DNA of 64,000 bases from Curvularia clavata (lineage: Eukaryota): the NCBI GenBank assembly GCA_023920165.1, contig CP089278.1, positions 1,488,001 through 1,552,000 of the forward strand. Reading direction: 5' to 3'. Below are positions 57,582 through 64,000 of the stretch, piece after piece. The translations under genes and the position numbers were made by a program. The notes beneath the pieces were generated by a model that saw only the letters and a list, made by a program, of their open reading frames with translations, searched no databases and was not told the DNA's origin. Position 1 is the stretch's first letter, and each line of letters starts with the position of its first letter.

Positions 57582-59708
57582 ATGGGCGACTTACCTCCTA
57601 CCTCGCGGCCTCAAGCCATGGACAATGCGACAACTAGCTTTGCGCATGATGGAAACGCGTCCTTTTCAACCCCCCTCAAAGCACCCGATGCAAGCTCTCC
57701 GTTTCACTCCCAGCTCAGCGCTCTCCCTCAAGGACAGTTTCGACACGACCTTCGCTCACCCGCGCATTCGACCGGACACTACCATTCTCAGGAGCACAAC
57801 GTATCTTCGCTCAACATGGGTGCAATGGCTGGGATGCTCCCAGACCTGAGCGCTAGCGACGATGCTTCACTCAACGCTCCGACAGTACCACGCTCACTTT
57901 CCGGCGCATCGACATCAGCAGTGGCATACCAACTAGGCCACAATTTGCAAATGCAAGGTAACATGCCGTCACATTCGCCATATGGACCTGGTTATACTAT
58001 TGGCTTGCATCAACAGCCGTTCATGCCCCAACATGGCGCCCAGTACAATGCTTACCATGCTTTCCCTACCAACCAATCTCGTCCAGCCGGCGCCGTACCG
58101 ATGCAAGCGACGTATCAGAATTACCAGCAGGCCTCACACTACATGTACTATCCAGCGCCATATGGACCACAGGCACATTTCAACCCGGGGTTCGCAGCAC
58201 AAGCTTCACAAAATCCCACGATGTATGGGAGAAGACCAAGCTTTTCAAACACAGGTACGCAGAGACAGAACACAGATGATTCGCATATTAACGGCAATCT
58301 TTTAGGTCCTCGGATGTCTACAGCAAATCTCCAACCTGATCCCACCTCACTTGTACCAGCTTATGGCACGCAGTTGACAACGCCCTCTGGTAAGTCTGCA
58401 GTGTCCTGTTGTTCAATTGTAATACCCTTCTGTTCTGAGAGTACAAGGGCTAATTGGTCGTGTAGGAACAGCTCACTCGACACCTGTAAGTTCGATTCCG
58501 CGTGGGCCACCGCGAAAGCCAAAACAGTCTGGACACGCCCTTTGGGTTGGAAATCTCCCTCCGGGAACCACAGTCGTTGCTCTGAAGGATCATTTCTCCC
58601 GAGATGCCACAAAAGATATTGAGAGCCTGTTCTTGATTTCAAAGAGCAACTGTGCCTTTGTCAACTACCGAACAGAGGAATCTTGCACAGCTGCAATGCA
58701 CCGCTTCCATGATTCACGCTTCAATGGTGTACGATTAGTCTGTCGCCTTCGACGCAGTTCAGCTCCAGCATCAGGTGTACCTACAGCACCTTCGGCCATG
58801 ATAGACCAACAAAAGCACACCTCCCGACCAGCAACACCAGGACAAGACAACAACTCCGACGACATTGCAGGAGGAGCAGTTGGATCTCCCACTCAGAAAG
58901 GGGTTGACGGCGAGAAACCCTCTCCCGAGGTTGCCAGCAAATATTTTATTGTCAAAAGCCTCACTTTGCAGGATCTCGAGCTCAGTGTACGAAATGGTAT
59001 TTGGGCTACCCAGTCTCACAACGAGGATGTCCTGAATAAGGCTTTCCGTGTAAGTTGCACTTGATCAGTGATTCTTACTGTATAACTGACAAAGCATAGT
59101 CTGCAGAGAACGTGTACCTCATCTTCTCTGCGAACAAATCGGGTGAGTACTTCGGCTACGCCCGTATGGCATCACCCATCCTCGATGACGGGTCTCGCGT
59201 GATGGGTTCTGTGCCCAAGCCCGAAACCATCATAGATGCATCAGATGTGCCCAAATCCATTCCTACGCCAGCAACAGAATGGGCACCACCGGGAAGGATC
59301 ATTGATGACTCTGCACGCGGCACCATTTTTTGGGAGGCAGAGCTATCTGATGCAGAAAAGGAAAATGGAGAAGAAGAAAAAGAAAAAGAATCTAGCAAGA
59401 CAGAAAAAGACAAGGTGTCTCAACACCAAGCAGATGGAGATGCCGGAGCGGTTGCGCAAGGCTGGGGCAAGCCGTTCAAGATTGAGTGGATTTCGACGAA
59501 TCGTCTTCCTTTTTACCGCGCAAGGGGACTTCGCAACCCGTGGAATGCCAACCGCGAAGTCAAAATTGCACGAGACGGCACCGAGCTCGAACCTAGTGTT
59601 GGAGAGCGCCTGGTGCAAATGTTCCACCGCCTGGGCCCCTCAACTGCAGGTGCGCCCGTCATGCCCATTGGATCTGCGGGCATTGCCCCCCACATGCGAC
59701 CATTCTAG
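57582..59708 (+). CDS. RRM + YTH (YT521-B) domain RNA-binding protein (2 coding introns, at least one 5'-UTR intron)
   Basis: RRM: ALWVGNLP...SNCAFVNY. YTH: KYFIVKS...GIWATQSHNE...VYLIFSANKSGEYFGYARM...NREVKIARDGTEL. Confidence 0.92.
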
Positions 59709-62700
59709 GCGAGCATTCGCTTGATTGCACAGCACCCGAGGCTTAGAATGCATCAAGACGATGATTGTCACACGAAGCAAGATCAGCGAGCTAGGCAGAC
59801 GTTCACGACTTGTTATCGTTGGACAGAAGCAGGACATCACTTGATCTCGATGCTAGGTCGTGAGATCACCTCAAAAGCGATTTTCGTTTTCATTATCGCT
59901 TTAGTGACGATGACGATCTGATGATGGAATCGCCCCCAAGGAAAATGAGACCACGAAGCAGGACGACTGGCAGCCATTGGATCATGTGGGTGAAGTGTTT
60001 TTTTCCCTTACTGCATTGCATCCTTGTCTGTTGTATTACATACTTTGCTCCGTTTGCTCATTCTTTGCAGTTTGTGTTTAATGTAACATATCCTCTTTCG
60101 TTTCCCTCCTCTTCTCTGACTTGCAACTGCATTCAAAGTCACTGTCTACCTCCTCATCCGTCATTTTGTGTTTCATGCACCAGGAGCTGCATCAACGCGC
60201 ACTGATTCTCTCGGCGTCCCGTCCTTCCTTGGGAGTCGCACCGACTGGGAGGAATCGGTGGTCCTGCTCCTCACATGCGTCGAGTCCCACACCCCTAAGC
60301 CGAGTGGATACGACTACAAATAGCACCGGTTTGAATTCCCGCGTCCATCCAGAAGCAATAAATCCAGGAGGCAAATCCCGTGCGGAGAAGCAACAAAGCC
60401 GGCTTGCCCGTGCTGAGCCAAGTACACAGTATAATATAATGTCTTAGTCAATAAATGTAAAACGTATGCACGACTTTTTGCGCGATCAAAAGAGACGGGA
60501 TATGATTCCAACCGCTGCCATCCGCCGGAGATACAGATCGCCACAATGTGGCCCCACCTTTATGTACTGCGCCAGCAAAGGATTGCCCCAAGCTCTTAAG
60601 AAATAAGCAACATATACCTTTACGTACAGCTATGGGCCTCCATCCTCGGCAAAATCCGTGTTGCGGTAACATTTTTGAGGGGTTGAGTTTCTACACGTGA
60701 TTCACCATACCGTACACCACGTGGAGTCCAACCAATGAAGAGTGTTTGGTTCTATCTCTGAACAATCTCCTTCCATGGGTACACAACATATAAAGCTTTT
60801 TGATGTGTATCATCTGATAGACCCTCTGCCATTGCTGCCCGAAGGTCCGCCGATTGGCGCCCACACGCATACACATACCGTACAGAAGCGCCACATCGTA
60901 AGACAGGCCTCTGCCAGTGCCATGCTGCGCGGATGAGCTTTTCAGCCCAGGCAGAAGATAACACGTTGACCAAAAAATCTTGGGTTGCATTTGAGGGTCC
61001 TGATCCATGGGCCATCTAGAATTCGTAACACCCATGATCCCTACGCAAGCACATGCATGATCAGAAAAACCACGATACCCATCCAACATCAGCATGCAAT
61101 TGTGCGCTTTTGCCCATGAGGGACTGTGCGCATCGGCACACCTTTGTGGTCTGTTTGCGTGTGCCGTTGTGGCGGTGCAGGCGCTAGTACTAAATTAGGC
61201 AATGACTACAGGGGTATGTCGTGCCCGCCCGTGCATTTGGTGGGATGATATCAGGAGGGCATTTTGTAGATAAAAGCCAACCCCACAGCGCACTGTCTAT
61301 ATCTCTGCTCTTGTGGAGGACGACGACGAATCATGACAATACGCCCTTTTGCTTCAAGTTAGTCAAACTCTATCGGTTCCTCCACGTGTAATCTTTGTCC
61401 AGATTCCCTTCAGGCGGTGTGTGTATGTGTGAAATCGCTACGTAAGGTGATGGAACCCGACCAAAAACTTAAAACAAGCGTGATAGACTGAAAAACAGAA
61501 AACAAAAGCTCTGTGATCTGAACAACGGGATGGTCCGAAGGCTGAAAAGAAAGATGAAGAAAAGGGATCTCTTACATTGTTCCGGCGTATGCGATAGCCA
61601 CATGGTGCCCATAGTTTGTCTTTCCTCTGTATACGTAGCTGCTGCCCTACCCGCACCTCTGCACGTGCTTTTTAGTCCAGCAAAAACTCTTACAGAGCCT
61701 CCTTTCATTCATTCGTTTCTTTTTTAATACATCCATATCACGTTACACCGCATCAGCAGCGGCGAAAGTATTATAGCCACCTGGCTCTCTTGAGGACACA
61801 GCCCCCGTTCTTTTCTTCTTTCTGCTTTAGATTGGGCAGCAACGTGTCAAGAATCCCTCTGACCCCCTTGATCTATCGCTGTATAGGGAGAGCGAAAGAG
61901 TAAAGATTAGTAATGTCAACCCAGATCCATACGCACGGTACTCCACCGCCAGATAGCAGCCCAAGAGAAAGGCCTGCACCGGACCCTTTTCTTTTTGCTT
62001 CTCCCGCCTTGTCGCCTGCCTCCCTCAGCTCCCACGAGGAGGAAGGGGGCGGAAACTAGAGCAGTCGCGGTATGTATGAGTCAAAAAAAGTAAGTAAAAG
62101 GGGGTCCATGGACGCCACGAGGCCCAAAGTCAGGCCACAGTGCATGGACTCGTGAGCGACAAGTCCGGGATGGGCTGTTTTGAGACAGGAACGTGGTCGA
62201 GTTCCGATATCGCTGCTTTCGACCCTTTTTGGGGGGGAGGCTGGGGGCCTTGTATAGCTGGTATTGAGTGGAGGAAGGTGCATGCAAGGTAGACTTGCTG
62301 GGGCAGTATCATGGGAAGCAAGTGGATTAACAGGAATTAGAAGTATGTCTGGTACCAACGATGGACATCCCTCTGGGATGGATATACGTTTGAAAAGGGG
62401 TAATAGGATAGAAAGAGATACGGAAAATCCCGCACTATCCTAGCTTTCAGAGATTTCTGTCACCCCCGGCAAGTCTTGCCAGAATTGATGGACATGGACA
62501 GGAACATGATGTTATGTAGATACTCAAGGGATAAAAGATGATAGAGTGACAGCAACGAGGTGGTTTGATTAGTACTTTCCTACAGATCAAGGGAATGGAC
62601 GAGGCTTCATGTTTTCAAAATGGGATGGACATGATCTACTCGGATAGTCATGTGTGTCTCGTCAATCACGAGATTCTTGCAATCTCACTTAGTCTTTTCA

Positions 62701-62887
62701 AATTCCTGTAATCAGTTTCTCGTACGTAGAGTTCGTTAGAACACCACGCTGAACATCAGAAGCGTGAGTATATCCATGCAGCAAGAGTTGAGACAACTTG
62801 ACAATTCACGCTCCAAAAACGGCCGCCGAGAGCACTAATCCTGTACTCTGTATGGTTTTCACACACTTCAAACACATCCAACAGAAT

Positions 62888-64000
62888 CTACAGCTTCACT
62901 TCTCTCACACCCTCAACCTCAACATCAACAACCTCATCCACATGCCCCGCGCTCTGCGCAAAAGAAAACCCATACTGCGCCCTATCCACCACCCACTTCT
63001 TCCCATTCTCATCGAAATACGCAAAGTCCTTATCTTTACAGGTCAACTCAACCCGCTTGTGTTCTCCCGGCTGCAAAACGATCTTTTGGAACGCTGCAAG
63101 CGTCTTAACCGGGTGCTCCGGCGCCCGTTCTTTCCTACCAACGTACAACTGTACAACGGTAGCTCCGGCCATGCGCCCTGTATTCTTAACGGTTGCAGTG
63201 GCGTAGAAGACACCAGACGAAGGCTGAGCGACCGCCGCATCCTTAATGCAGAAAGTAGTGTACGAAAGACCGAAGCCAAAAGGGAAATGTATCTTTTCCT
63301 TCGCAATTCGATCATAGTGTCTGTATCCTACGAAAACACCCTCTTCGTACTTGACAGTCAACTGTCCTGACTCGTCTCTTTCGCCAGGGAAATTGCCGTG
63401 CGCGGGAGCGTCCTCGATGTGTTTGGGCCAGGAGATGGGTAAGTGGCCAGAAGGATTGACGGCACCAGTGAGAATATCAGCAATGGCGTTGCCAGCTTCT
63501 TGACCCGGGAACCAGGCCTGGACAAAGGCAGCGATTTTGTCGAGCCAAGGGAGAGCGATGGCTACACCGGTGGAATTTACGACGATGGTGTTGGTGTTCA
63601 CAGAGGCGACGGCTTCGATGAGCTTGTCTTGTGTGCCGTCGCGAGGGAGATGGAAGCTGGCTTGGTCTTGGCCTTCGGTTTCCCAGACGGGTGTGTGCCC
63701 GGTGAAGACGATGGCGAAGTCGCAGTCTTTTGCGACGTTTTTGGCGTCGGCGGCTAGGTCCATGTCGTGTTCTTCTTCGTACATGAAGCCTAGTCTGAAG
63801 CCTGGTAGATCGTCGAGGATACCTGCGTCAGCGTTATTGCCTGAAGGCGGGTTTGAGACGATCTCGATCTGGTACGGTGTGCCTTTTGTAAACGGTACAC
63901 GGAACTCTTTCTCAGGGTTACCGCCGAAAAGGAAGCCCATGGCATCGGGAGAGTTGTGCTTCTGCTCGTAGACAACTTCCCCGTTGATACGGACTACTGT
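62888..64000 (-). CDS. GH3 beta-glucosidase, 3' part (PA14 insert, C-terminal and FnIII-like domains); runs off the window
   Basis: WETEGQD, VVNSTG, QAWFPGQEAGNAIADIL, NPSGHLP, YEEGVFVGYRHY, FPFGFGLSYT. Confidence 0.93.
   Translation of the reverse strand, partial: TVVRINGEVVYEQKHNSPDAMGFLFGGNPEKEFRVPFTKGTPYQIEIVSNPPSGNNADAGILDDLPGFRLGFMYEEEHDMDLAADAKNVAKDCDFAIVFTGHTPVWETEGQDQASFHLPRDGTQDKLIEAVASVNTNTIVVNSTGVAIALPWLDKIAAFVQAWFPGQEAGNAIADILTGAVNPSGHLPISWPKHIEDAPAHGNFPGERDESGQLTVKYEEGVFVGYRHYDRIAKEKIHFPFGFGLSYTTFCIKDAAVAQPSSGVFYATATVKNTGRMAGATVVQLYVGRKERAPEHPVKTLAAFQKIVLQPGEHKRVELTCKDKDFAYFDENGKKWVVDRAQYGFSFAQSAGHVDEVVDVEVEGVREVKL

Noticed and set aside
59900..62880. Possible hidden gene or element in the 3-kb gap between the YTH and GH3 genes
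   Set aside because: Only short, motif-less ORFs; I saw no TIR, LTR or convincing exon chain.
62888..62899. C-terminal VKL of the GH3 enzyme as a PTS1
   Set aside because: Non-canonical tripeptide in a partly acidic context; no other support.
1..64000. CRISPR arrays, rRNA, LTR elements, secondary-metabolite cluster
   Set aside because: None seen; this is a eukaryotic housekeeping region.

Overview
This is gene-dense, euchromatic DNA from a filamentous ascomycete. Short GT-AG introns with CTRAC-type branch sites and the gene content suggest Pezizomycotina, probably a Dothideomycete (inference). It holds one intron-containing tRNA-Gln(CTG) and about 24 protein-coding genes, mostly housekeeping: aldo-keto reductase, FKBP12, COX23, Psh1-like RING ligase, SWIM-finger protein, ArfGAP-UBA, two J-proteins, YIP3/PRA1, CSI2-like, FCF1, IZH/PAQR, MRI1, PAN1, prolyl-4-hydroxylase-like, Pho80/Pcl-type cyclin, PRE3, BEM46, RRM-YTH protein and a partial GH3 beta-glucosidase. 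There is also an intact 1474-bp Tc1/mariner DD34E transposon with perfect 27-bp TIRs and TA flanks, and a probably decaying bZIP gene. The most unusual architecture is a 455-aa ORF starting only 26 nt after the YIP3 stop codon on the same strand. This points to a shared (bicistronic or alternatively spliced) transcription unit or a promoter inside YIP3. Other notable points are a GC-AG intron, micro-exons carrying catalytic motifs, in-frame stop-free introns, uORFs and two-ATG dual targeting of FKBP. All family calls come from motif recognition by eye; no database search was run.
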